From: a virus
Length of the DNA stretch: 64,000 nucleotides
Reading direction: 5' to 3' (one strand)
IMG/VR virus record: IMGVR_UViG_3300020274_000001
Span: 64,001 to 128,000 of that record
Every line of letters starts with the position of its first letter. Within the stretch, counting starts at the first letter, position 1. Positions 27,435 to 36,314 of this stretch are shown here, piece by piece. The translations under genes were made by a program, and so were the position numbers. The notes under the pieces were generated by a model that saw only the letters and a program-made list of their open reading frames with translations, was not told the DNA's origin and made no database searches.

Positions 27435-27574
27435 GAGCAAAACAGGCACGGTGAAATACATAGGACACGTATGCTCATAGAACCAAAACACTTTGTCGGT
27501 ATTGCATACTTGTAGTGTGGTTCACAGAATCGAATCAAGTATACAGTATTGTAGAACAAAAGAATGATTTATTG
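27435..27574 (+). ncRNA. dual-spacer array (3 units)
   Basis: ggcacggt/taggacac; ctttgtcg/tacttgta; agtataca/gaacaaaa. Confidence 0.8.
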
Positions 27575-27618
27575 AGAGAGAAGTAGACAGAAATGTCCAC
27601 TTCTCTCTCTTTTTTTTT
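27574..27618 (+). terminator. intrinsic terminator ending the left transcription block
   Basis: GAGAGAGAAGTAGACA-gaaa-TGTCCACTTCTCTCTC followed by T9, between convergent genes. Confidence 0.85.
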
Positions 27619-27634
27619 GGCTCAAAAAATCACA

Positions 27635-28957
27635 TTAAGCGGCGGCGACTTCTTCGGAGGTCGTCGTCGCTTTTTCTTTTTCGACCTTTACATCCATGCA
27701 TAGAATCGAGTATGCTTCGTAGCGAGGGACAGTGTAAGTCCCCGGTGCTACGACTCTATCAAGAACGTGCACATTGCACTCGTTCTTGACTTCGATTTCT
27801 ACCATGTCTCTACCAACAGAGTCTCTAATGTGCTCAAACATGAGGTCCAAGTCATCAAGCATGTCATAGGTGATTTCGATACAAGGCATACCAGAAGTAG
27901 TGTGCAAGGAACCAATCAATCTCAATTGACGATTCAATTCTTTGGTAATGGCGTCAGCCTCCACTCCTTTTGTCAGTTGTGCTCTTTGAATGACCATTCG
28001 GATAAGGTGCTTCAAGCCGGTTGACTTGAGACCAGCCGCATTGGCGTGGCGAGTCAAAGCCCAATCCTTTGTCAGTTGCTCAAGCACATACTGATTAGTT
28101 AGGAAGTCGTGTATTTGCTGGTATACTCCATCTGTAATCTTGACAGTCTCTTTCGATGTGAAAGAAGGTCGCTTGAACGTAGAGTCTTTGATGCTACCTT
28201 GGTGTATTGGAGTCCAAGACTTCAATCGTTCCATCTTCATCTCATCTGTTGGCAAAGAGTAGTATTCGTTTACCATCTCAATGAAAGTCTGCGTGAACAG
28301 TCCTCCCCATCCGGGGACATTGTTCGGATACAGACGATATTGAAATTGTCCTTTCTTGTTAGCCCATACTCCTTGGTGATTGGATACATGAAGGAACCCA
28401 CTCAAGTGGACCTCGTGTCCTCGCACATAATTCTCGATGTTTGCTCGCTCGGCTGTTCCCATAGACAGTAGAGATTCGTCAGTGACAACCATGTGATATC
28501 CACGGTGTCCAGAAAATCGTATAGAGATGTATTGTGGGTCAATAGCGAGGTCTTTCGTCAAGAAAAAGTAGAGTCTCTTCGCGTTTTCCTTTGCATGTTC
28601 AAGACCATGACGGTAAGAACGAATGTTAGGCAAGTGGTCGTAATCGATATCAAAACCAATGTCAATACCAGCATGACCTTTGTCATTCATTCCCCAACGA
28701 ACATGCTCATCGGGGCTCATGTTCTTGGTAGCGTATGGTTCTCTTCGCTCTGGGTCAAAGTATCGGGCCAGACTGTGGGTAATAGAGACGGGGGCCGTTT
28801 CTATGGCATACTCTCGAAGTGCGTCGACAGACGGGAACGCTTTATGGCGAGACTGGTGGCTGAACATGAATTCTCTGCGCTCGACCGCCTTCACATCGAG
28901 GTCTGTCGTTTCATAGAACGACTTGATTGCCTCTTCAAAGGTGCCAATGGAGAACAT
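27635..28957 (-). CDS. priS: DNA primase small (catalytic) subunit, archaeal type
   Basis: RREFMF, IGFDIDYDH, FSGHRGYH, RQLRLIGSLH. Confidence 0.85.
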   Translation of the reverse strand: MFSIGTFEEAIKSFYETTDLDVKAVERREFMFSHQSRHKAFPSVDALREYAIETAPVSITHSLARYFDPERREPYATKNMSPDEHVRWGMNDKGHAGIDIGFDIDYDHLPNIRSYRHGLEHAKENAKRLYFFLTKDLAIDPQYISIRFSGHRGYHMVVTDESLLSMGTAERANIENYVRGHEVHLSGFLHVSNHQGVWANKKGQFQYRLYPNNVPGWGGLFTQTFIEMVNEYYSLPTDEMKMERLKSWTPIHQGSIKDSTFKRPSFTSKETVKITDGVYQQIHDFLTNQYVLEQLTKDWALTRHANAAGLKSTGLKHLIRMVIQRAQLTKGVEADAITKELNRQLRLIGSLHTTSGMPCIEITYDMLDDLDLMFEHIRDSVGRDMVEIEVKNECNVHVLDRVVAPGTYTVPRYEAYSILCMDVKVEKEKATTTSEEVAAA

Positions 28958-28961
28958 GTGT

Positions 28962-29729
28962 TCACTCTCCTAACAAGTTTTCCAATGCCTTGATTGCTTC
29001 TGTGGCATCGTGTTCGGAAAGGTCACCTTTGCCGACAATCTTGACACTACCACTTCCAACCAATGATTGTAGTGTAATGTTGCCTTCGTCGACTGCTACG
29101 TTAATTGCGTCGAGCAATTGTTGGGCGGTATATCCTTGTGGGAAGATATCCTTAGCAAGACCGTTGATTTGGTCCCACTGTTCCTGTGTTGCTTTGTTCA
29201 AAACAGACTGCGCCATCGTTCCTGTCGATTGAGAAGGGATAGATATGTCATTAGATGGGTTGTCTCTCGGGTCTACTCCGAGGTCGCCCTCTATGTTATT
29301 TCCACTCGCTACAAACATCGGCTGTAATTCTTTGTAGGTATTGCCTGTAAATTTGGACTCTCTCTCACGAATTCGGAATTTGAATTCGATTGGGTAGTGG
29401 TGTCCGTCTTCTTTGGCTTTCTCAAGCATGGCGGATAGGCGGTCTCGGAAGATACTGTTTCTTCCATTTGATGAAGTAGAAGCAAACCACCAATCCATGC
29501 GGTTTCCATCTCTTAGGTTTACGATGTTTACTGCCACAGAAGGGGCCCATGTAGGGTTCTTCGATGGTATCTCCCACGAGGGTTCTCGTAGGATTGCTAT
29601 TCGGTCGTATACTTTTCCAACCTCTGGTTTGAATTTGTCATTGTTACCACCACGGGCAGGGACAACGACACTCGCTCCAAAGGCATTCCATTCTTCGTCA
29701 AATTCGGCGTTTTTCTTTTCTTGGGACAT
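28962..29729 (-). CDS. hypothetical replication protein (possible ssDNA-binding)
   Basis: Between MCM and primase; GGAGG RBS before MSQEKK; beta-rich N-half; function inferred from position only. Confidence 0.55.
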   Translation of the reverse strand: MSQEKKNAEFDEEWNAFGASVVVPARGGNNDKFKPEVGKVYDRIAILREPSWEIPSKNPTWAPSVAVNIVNLRDGNRMDWWFASTSSNGRNSIFRDRLSAMLEKAKEDGHHYPIEFKFRIRERESKFTGNTYKELQPMFVASGNNIEGDLGVDPRDNPSNDISIPSQSTGTMAQSVLNKATQEQWDQINGLAKDIFPQGYTAQQLLDAINVAVDEGNITLQSLVGSGSVKIVGKGDLSEHDATEAIKALENLLGE

Positions 29730-29788
29730 GATTATTTCCTCCAAAAGTAGGGGACGTGTCCCCACCTATAAATGATTCTACGGATTAT

Positions 29789-32194
29789 TCATAGACCCTT
29801 TACTCCGAGCATCTGACCTTTGCGTTCGATTTTATTTTGCTTAGACAATGCTGTCAAGAAAGTATCGAAATCTCTCTCTATTGGACATGGATAATCAGCA
29901 GAATCAAGTTCCCAGAATTTCTTCACGTATGCATAAGCATCCTTCTTGTTGCCATAATCCTTCATACCTAATTCAATTCCAGCCCAGACTTCAAGGAGGC
30001 GCATAATTTCATCCATGACCTTAGACTGCTCTTGACCAAGACCGGTGCCCCCTTCATTAACCATGTTAGGTTCTTTGGTAGTCAACGATTCTATGAGAAT
30101 TGAATGTGCGTAGTCAATGTGCTCTTTGTTGACAGATGAAGAAAGGTCAAGACGGGCCACTGCGCAAGACAAGCGTTGCAACGCCGCTCCCCATCGGAAG
30201 TTAACAGTAGCACCGTTCACTCGATTCTGTCGAGTTTTTACGAAGATATCTGTCAAGTGCTTAGTAGCCTCGTCGTCAAATAAGACCGGTGCCGCTTGAA
30301 CATCCCTACATAGTTGCAGGTATTTGCGGTAGCCGTCTTGAACAGGGAATAATTCGTTAGGGTCAACCTCGGAATGATTCATACCAGCAGTCATACCCTC
30401 CATGATAGAAGCATCTCTTTCATCATTAACAACATCGAGGAATACGAAAATCAAGTCGAACCGAGAAACGAATGACACAGGTAGTCTTGCTTGCTCTATC
30501 AGAGGGATACCAGAATACAAGTCGAAACGACTGTTGTCTCCACCTTTTGGATTTGCACAACCGAGAATAGGTGTATTGGTCTGTATGGTTCCTTTCATTT
30601 GCATCTGCACGGAAACTTGCCCTGTCTCCATAGCATCATTGAGAGCAGTAAACACATTCTGGTCTCCTAAAGCGTGCATCTCATCGATACCTGCTATTGC
30701 ACCCGGAGGAATCAAAGCGAGCATTCCCGGAGAAAGAGATGTTCGACTTGCACCTAACAACCTCTGATTCTCGGACTTACCACCTATCAATCCGGGGATA
30801 GAAGACCTCGCACCGGTTGCCATGTTGCTACCGGGGTGCATGTTACCATTTCGACAAGCGAAATTCAGTAATTGTGACTTAGCGGTTCCGGGGTCTCCGA
30901 TTAAGAGAACGTGAACAAAGGGCCGCTTGCCGTCTGGAAGACCAGAATAAGAACCGACTGCTTGTAAGAGAAGAGCCTGCTTTTCTCGAGTATGTCCTAT
31001 GACATGCGGGGCTGTTACCCTTGTAAGAATCTCCATAATCTCATCAAGAGAGTGCTCTTCTTTCCAAGCCGCAAGAGCATGACGCTCTGTATCGTTAACC
31101 TCTATGACGGAATCCTGTGATGTCCGAGTAAGGTCGGTCGCATGAAGAACGCACATGCGCTCATTCTTGCCACCTGTTTTGTCAACATGCGTTCCAAAGA
31201 TACCGGTGATGACGACATCCTCTCCTTGATTCATAGCATGGACATGTGTCCCACGGACTTCGACAAGTAGAGTAGGTGGAGTGGTCATTTGGGTATTGGT
31301 TTGTCGTAGCATTAGTCGTTGGAAAGTAATGAACGATGAATTCGGTGCACCGTCTTGAACCCATGCGGTTCTGGGGTTACCCTGCATACCTGCACCGCAA
31401 TGTGGACAGTTATCGGGTTTGATTTCTGAATCTTCGAAAAAGTCGGGGAAGGTATTGACGATTCCTCCGCAATTGTCGACTTTACATTTCCATGCTATCT
31501 TGATTGCTCGCTTTCGTGCATCTCCCATTTCGAGAACCTGTCCTATGATTTTGACAAGACGACCGTCTTGTTGAGTAGAACAAATCAAGTCGTTGATTGA
31601 CATTTCATCATCGATTCCGGACATTCGGATTTCTGGTGGAGCAAAGGAATCGGTGCCGAGAGCAAGGCGTAGTGCCATGTCAGCGTTGATAATTGAACCG
31701 AAAGTCTGCCATACTGTGGCTTTCAATTGCTCAATAACTTCATTGGGGAAGTTGGTGATACAGATTCCTAATTCCATGTATGCATTTCTGAAGTCGGAGT
31801 AGTCGGCAAAGGTAACAACATCAGAAGATGCCAAACCTGCTTGCCCTACTTGAATCGTTAATGGAGAGGGTATGTTAGCCGATTCGCTCGAATTTGGAAG
31901 AGGTAGGTGTAGTGCTCTCTGTAAGACACCCCTGTCCATGCAAATTGCTTCGGTTCCTATTTCTGAAAAGTATGAATCGAATGACATGCAAGAAATTGCT
32001 CTCTGTCGTGGTATGTTTTCTGAATTGACATACTGTTCGATTGCATTATTTGCTCGGGTGTCGACGTAATCTCTCGTAAACCCGTAGTCCTGTAAGAACC
32101 CAGAATGGTATGCCATGAATGCTACCACTGCTCTCTGTGCCCTGTCTTCTCTGTTCATCGGTTGGATGTTGTTCTGTTGCCATGCTAAGACCAT
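29789..32194 (-). CDS. mcm: MCM replicative helicase
   Basis: HVLLIGDPGTAKSQLL Walker A, IDE Walker B, CANP, SRFDL arginine finger, N-terminal zinc finger. Confidence 0.95.
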   Translation of the reverse strand: MVLAWQQNNIQPMNREDRAQRAVVAFMAYHSGFLQDYGFTRDYVDTRANNAIEQYVNSENIPRQRAISCMSFDSYFSEIGTEAICMDRGVLQRALHLPLPNSSESANIPSPLTIQVGQAGLASSDVVTFADYSDFRNAYMELGICITNFPNEVIEQLKATVWQTFGSIINADMALRLALGTDSFAPPEIRMSGIDDEMSINDLICSTQQDGRLVKIIGQVLEMGDARKRAIKIAWKCKVDNCGGIVNTFPDFFEDSEIKPDNCPHCGAGMQGNPRTAWVQDGAPNSSFITFQRLMLRQTNTQMTTPPTLLVEVRGTHVHAMNQGEDVVITGIFGTHVDKTGGKNERMCVLHATDLTRTSQDSVIEVNDTERHALAAWKEEHSLDEIMEILTRVTAPHVIGHTREKQALLLQAVGSYSGLPDGKRPFVHVLLIGDPGTAKSQLLNFACRNGNMHPGSNMATGARSSIPGLIGGKSENQRLLGASRTSLSPGMLALIPPGAIAGIDEMHALGDQNVFTALNDAMETGQVSVQMQMKGTIQTNTPILGCANPKGGDNSRFDLYSGIPLIEQARLPVSFVSRFDLIFVFLDVVNDERDASIMEGMTAGMNHSEVDPNELFPVQDGYRKYLQLCRDVQAAPVLFDDEATKHLTDIFVKTRQNRVNGATVNFRWGAALQRLSCAVARLDLSSSVNKEHIDYAHSILIESLTTKEPNMVNEGGTGLGQEQSKVMDEIMRLLEVWAGIELGMKDYGNKKDAYAYVKKFWELDSADYPCPIERDFDTFLTALSKQNKIERKGQMLGVKGL

Positions 32195-32198
32195 ATTT

Positions 32199-32915
32199 TC
32201 ACTTCCTTCTCATTGTTAACCCCGTAATTCTCCATACTTCTAAACCACCTATTTCGGGTAACAGGTATTGGTGTAGCCATGTAAAGAGAGCAGACCGCAT
32301 AGTATACACAGTCAAGTCTGGGAATAGTGGGTGGTCAATCACATTGAAAGCCTCATACAACCGGATTTCTTGTGCGTCGAATTCGATAGCATTCATTGCA
32401 ATCTTGACCATTTGACCTGCGTCTTCTTTGTTCGTAGGGTCATACGCTCGGTCTCGGGCATTGAATAGAGACTCAACATCACAGTCATCTGAAACATAAA
32501 GAGTAGGCTTTCTTCCTTTTTGTTTTGCTCGGGGTAGTGGGGTGTGATATGCCCTAAAACCCGTAACAGTGTTCTTCCGTAGAATACTGTTCATGATGCT
32601 GTTCCATTGTTGTGGACCCCAATCGGATGGTATCAACTCATACTTGACTGCGATTCTTCGGTCGATGTAACCGTATAGGTCTCTCTCATCTCGAACATGT
32701 TTCAAATGGTGTTCGATTGCCGCTACGATTTTTTCATGAGACTTGACAAGGCGGACTCCATTTAGGAAACCGCTCATCTCCTTCTTGAAGGGAACATTAT
32801 CGGACTTGTTGATTTTGTCACGGAGTGCATTTAGAGCCTCTACTTTGTTACTATTCTTCATCCCGAAGAATGAGTTCACCCAAGAATCGATACCTATCTC
32901 CGTCATCGTCATCAT
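32199..32915 (-). CDS. hypothetical protein (candidate origin-binding protein or helicase loader)
   Basis: 238 aa between the repeat region and mcm; function inferred from position. Confidence 0.6.
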   Translation of the reverse strand: MMTMTEIGIDSWVNSFFGMKNSNKVEALNALRDKINKSDNVPFKKEMSGFLNGVRLVKSHEKIVAAIEHHLKHVRDERDLYGYIDRRIAVKYELIPSDWGPQQWNSIMNSILRKNTVTGFRAYHTPLPRAKQKGRKPTLYVSDDCDVESLFNARDRAYDPTNKEDAGQMVKIAMNAIEFDAQEIRLYEAFNVIDHPLFPDLTVYTMRSALFTWLHQYLLPEIGGLEVWRITGLTMRRK

Positions 32916-32968
32916 CTCCGCTCGGCGGGGAACCTACCCAATTTGGAGGGGCATATTAACTTAACTCA

Positions 32969-33110
32969 TTTTATCACCCGATAAAACGAATAGATAAAAC
33001 CAGCGTTGCAGTGATGCCTTTGTTTTATCAACGGGGGATTTATGATGTTCTAAAAACGTTATACTGAATAATATTTTATTTTATCAAAGCGTTTTATCCG
33101 ATGATAAAAC
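32969..33110. repeat. AT-rich region with 7 GATAAAA/TTTTATC repeats; candidate replication origin
   Basis: Copies at 32969, 32980, 32993, 33023, 33079, 33092, 33103 in both orientations. Confidence 0.6.
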
Positions 33111-33174
33111 CAAAGCCTGCGCGAAGCGAACCTTATTCTCTACGATACTATACTACTACAATTACATCTTCTAT

Positions 33175-33513
33175 TCATTCTTCTTCTTCATGAAAGATTA
33201 CATTTCTTCCTATGATTACAGGAGAACCAAGATGGCCTCTGTCGCTAACTGTGAATGGTGCATTGATGGTTCCAATGTCACATTCGAATTCGACATAACA
33301 TCTTTTTCTTTTCTTTACGCCGTTAGCATTCCTAACTCGCACGACGGTCCCAGTGTATTCTACTCCAACGAAGTGTGCAAGTTCCTCGTCAATTGACGAC
33401 GACGAAGCACCCGTGTCGACTAATGCGTTGACAGTAATTGGCCAACCGTTTTCGGTTGTTAGTGTGATTTGAATTATCGGACCATCACGGAGCAGTTCCA
33501 TAAACTCGTTCAT
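33175..33513 (-). CDS. retropepsin-like aspartic protease
   Basis: ALVDTGASSS, ANG, PVIIGR. Confidence 0.85.
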   Translation of the reverse strand: MNEFMELLRDGPIIQITLTTENGWPITVNALVDTGASSSSIDEELAHFVGVEYTGTVVRVRNANGVKKRKRCYVEFECDIGTINAPFTVSDRGHLGSPVIIGRNVIFHEEEE

Positions 33514-34123
33514 GGGATGCCTCCAATCCTTCTTCTTCCTTGTAGTAGAACCACCACATTCTGTTTCGCTTCCAATAAGTGATTCCTTCTGTGGCGTTGA
33601 CTAAGTCTCTTACCTTGACTCTATCCTCATACTCGTATTCTTCGGGTATGAGGTTTTTCTTTTTCCATTCTGCGTTAGCGACGCCACCATGCTCTTCGAT
33701 GTAATCGATGATTCCCTTTGCGTAATCTTCGTGTGTCTTGGTCTCGTTAGGCACTTCTAATTCTTCTTCGACTTCTTCAGCGTTGCCAAAGGTAAACCCA
33801 CTTTCGACAACGGTGACCCCTTCTCCATCGTCGACATAGTCTTCCTTGTCTGGCCAAACACCAATCTTGGTCCCCGCAATATCATTCAATTCTTCTGGAG
33901 ATATGAAATCAAGAACAGAATCGGAACGACGGTTCTCTTCGATATTCTGTAATCTCCGTTGCATGGCCTCAATGCTACCGATAGTCTCACCCTGCATTAG
34001 CATAATTCTTCTTTCAAGTTCTACGATTCTTTCTTCGAGTTCCGCAATCTTCTCTGAGTTTGCACTACCGAAGAGCGGTTGGCTTTTTCCAAGTTGTGAC
34101 AACGCTGATTCGTCCTCGTCCAT
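33485..34123 (-). CDS. hypothetical acidic protein
   Basis: ORF; start moved to MDEDES to avoid overlap with the divergent gene. Confidence 0.65.
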   Translation of the reverse strand: MDEDESALSQLGKSQPLFGSANSEKIAELEERIVELERRIMLMQGETIGSIEAMQRRLQNIEENRRSDSVLDFISPEELNDIAGTKIGVWPDKEDYVDDGEGVTVVESGFTFGNAEEVEEELEVPNETKTHEDYAKGIIDYIEEHGGVANAEWKKKNLIPEEYEYEDRVKVRDLVNATEGITYWKRNRMWWFYYKEEEGLEASHERVYGTAP

Positions 34124-34184
34124 AGTGTCCGTAGGTTTCGTATCAGTCAAAAGTCTGATGTATGGAGTTGCCCTCCGTTTACCT

Positions 34185-34412
34185 GTGCCGGTCAAGTTGT
34201 TTGGAGTTTCATGGATGCGTCAAACACGCTCCGCACAATCAATGTTATCGGACGCAGATATCCCATTCACCTTCATAGACGTAGGAGATAAACCACACAT
34301 GGTCTCCGCATTAGAAGTTATCATCGGAGAACATACTCTACCGGTTCTTCTGGTAGATGGAGTTCCATACAAGGGGGTAGAGCGTGTCAGAGAATACATC
34401 AAATCAACATAA
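34185..34412 (+). CDS. glutaredoxin-fold protein lacking CxxC
   Basis: VKLFGVSW..IPFTFIDV..GEHTLPVLLVDG; start uncertain. Confidence 0.6.
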   Translation: MPVKLFGVSWMRQTRSAQSMLSDADIPFTFIDVGDKPHMVSALEVIIGEHTLPVLLVDGVPYKGVERVREYIKST

Positions 34413-35259
34413 TCTTCCCGAAGACTTTGAATGTCCTATGGACTTACCCGACCCAAGTTGCGGGGCAAAACAAGGTCAATGGATTACAGGAGAGACCGAT
34501 ATTTCTTGCGAAGTGTGCAATGTGTTTCTGTTTAACAATTTACACATCGGAGAAGAAGAAACCGTAGACACGGATGCTGACGCAGACGACATGGAAGACG
34601 ACTATGTTGACGATGTGACTGTTGGAGAGGCAGAAATAGACATCAACACCACACCCGAAGAGGCAAGAGCAAAGAGAGCAATGGAAGGTTTAGATGTCAT
34701 AAAAAATCGTCTCCGATTAGAAGACTCTCCGGTCATCAAAAACTTCGGAGACTTCATACAAACAAATCGTTTCGACATCCAGATAACCTACTTAGTAGTG
34801 CAAGAATCCAAGAAATTTTTCACCACCGGAATCGCTATGCCAGAAAGAATGATGATAGTGACCGTTACATATTGTAAATTCATCAATCAATATGATATCC
34901 CAGAAGAAGTATACGAATTGCTTTCTTTCAACAGAGCAAAGATAGAGGGGATAGCCACAAGGTTCTTTGAAGAATATGCCGGCAAAGAGCAACCAAGAAT
35001 CATTACTTGGATGAAAACATACGGTCGGTCTTTCAAATATTCGCCAGAAGTCATTAAGATGGCCATCGAATTATGGGACGCCGCAGACCCAATTTATGTC
35101 GTGGCCGAAGACCAAGTGCGAGCAGTCGTTTGGTTGGAGTTAACCAAACATAAGATGGAAAAGACAAAAATCAACATGGCCGCACTGGCTCGGGCCACCG
35201 GTTTTGATTCAAGAGTCATATCCCGAGTAGTAAAGAAATACAAAGTTTACTTCGAGTGA
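34384..35259 (+). CDS. divergent TFB/TFIIB-like protein
   Basis: N-terminal zinc ribbon (SCG..CEVC), acidic linker, two helical repeats ending ALARATGFDSRVISRVVK. Confidence 0.5.
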   Translation: MSENTSNQHNLPEDFECPMDLPDPSCGAKQGQWITGETDISCEVCNVFLFNNLHIGEEETVDTDADADDMEDDYVDDVTVGEAEIDINTTPEEARAKRAMEGLDVIKNRLRLEDSPVIKNFGDFIQTNRFDIQITYLVVQESKKFFTTGIAMPERMMIVTVTYCKFINQYDIPEEVYELLSFNRAKIEGIATRFFEEYAGKEQPRIITWMKTYGRSFKYSPEVIKMAIELWDAADPIYVVAEDQVRAVVWLELTKHKMEKTKINMAALARATGFDSRVISRVVKKYKVYFE

Positions 35260-35265
35260 AGACTT

Positions 35266-35895
35266 ATGTCTAATGCCAAGCGTCAGTGTAACATGGCGAA
35301 GGTCAAATGGAACGAGTTCCGCAAGTTGCACAACGGAACCTCAAAAGAAGAAATCAGCAGACTGTGGAAAGATTACAAGGCAGGAGAATACGAAATTCCA
35401 ACACAGGAAGAAGTAGTCGAAACCGTAGAAGAAGTTCAAGAAGAAGTTCAAGAAGAAGTTCAAGAGGAAGGCAAGTCTTTCGCAGAACTGTTCAATGATG
35501 TATTCAACAACCCTGCTCTTACCCCAGAAGAGATTCAATCGGCCAGACATGAGTTAGCGAAAGTCGCCCAAAAGACATCAGTCAAAGGATACGTTTGTTC
35601 TCCGACCGATGGTTGGAAACTATGGATTGGTCCAACCAAAGCGGCTGTGCTTTGTAATGAAACTAAGGACATAGCATTCGCTTGTAACCGTGGTTATTGG
35701 CAAGCATTCTATCATGGTGCATCGCTATGCTACGTCGAAACATGTCAAGAAGAAGAAACCGTATTCCGTATGGCAGACTACTTCCGTAAGCGTGGACGAT
35801 TCGTTGAGCGAGTCCCCATCCCTTCATACGAAATCATGCTACCCGCTTCTAAGTTGGAAATCATCAACACAGCAAGCGGGAGTTGGAACCCTTGA
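35266..35895 (+). CDS. hypothetical protein
   Basis: 209 aa ORF. Confidence 0.7.
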   Translation: MSNAKRQCNMAKVKWNEFRKLHNGTSKEEISRLWKDYKAGEYEIPTQEEVVETVEEVQEEVQEEVQEEGKSFAELFNDVFNNPALTPEEIQSARHELAKVAQKTSVKGYVCSPTDGWKLWIGPTKAAVLCNETKDIAFACNRGYWQAFYHGASLCYVETCQEEETVFRMADYFRKRGRFVERVPIPSYEIMLPASKLEIINTASGSWNP

Positions 35896-36314
35896 CCTCT
35901 ATCGATGAGTTACAGGAACAACTTCAATTGATGCAACAACAAATGGCATCGATGTTGAAACCGAAGGACAATCTTCCAATCGAAGATGAATTGTTCCTTG
36001 TATACAACCCACATAATGTTCGTGTGTGGTGTTCCAAATTAGATTGCCCTCACCTTGGTCGAGAATCAAGAGTCGATATGGTTAAACAACCGGTAGATGA
36101 AGAAGCCGCCAAAGCAATGGGAATCGAAACTAACGAAGTAGAGGTGCCGGTCGTTCGAGTAAGTGAACCAAAGAATGGCGCACACCCACTCGGTATTATT
36201 GCGGCCTTTGGAACAGAGAGAGAAGCAATTCGATTCGTCGAGAAATACTATCGACGCAACCGAGAACTGATGGATGACAATTTTGAATTGTGCATATCGA
36301 AGTTACTTCTTTGA
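35883..36314 (+). CDS. hypothetical protein
   Basis: 143 aa ORF. Confidence 0.7.
   Translation: MEPLTSIDELQEQLQLMQQQMASMLKPKDNLPIEDELFLVYNPHNVRVWCSKLDCPHLGRESRVDMVKQPVDEEAAKAMGIETNEVEVPVVRVSEPKNGAHPLGIIAAFGTEREAIRFVEKYYRRNRELMDDNFELCISKLLL

Noticed and set aside
26578-27574. CRISPR array
   Set aside because: No 25-40 nt identical repeat with 30-40 nt unique spacers; the variable part is split into two ~8-nt blocks by a conserved linker; no cas genes seen.
637-27574. Classical integron attC sites
   Set aside because: No RYYYAAC..GTTRRRY cores, no extended imperfect palindrome and no tyrosine integrase in the window. A non-classical cassette system is kept as an alternative.
637-27574. Canonical archaeal box C/D sRNAs
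   Set aside because: RUGAUGA and CUGA boxes are absent and the guides are shorter than the usual 10-12 nt; only the layout is similar.
27767-32964. + strand ORFs over primase and MCM, and the many - strand ORFs over the + strand blocks
   Set aside because: Antisense shadows of well-supported genes.
35428-35463. GAAGAAGTTCAA x3 tandem repeat
   Set aside because: In-frame EEVQ low-complexity linker within a CDS.
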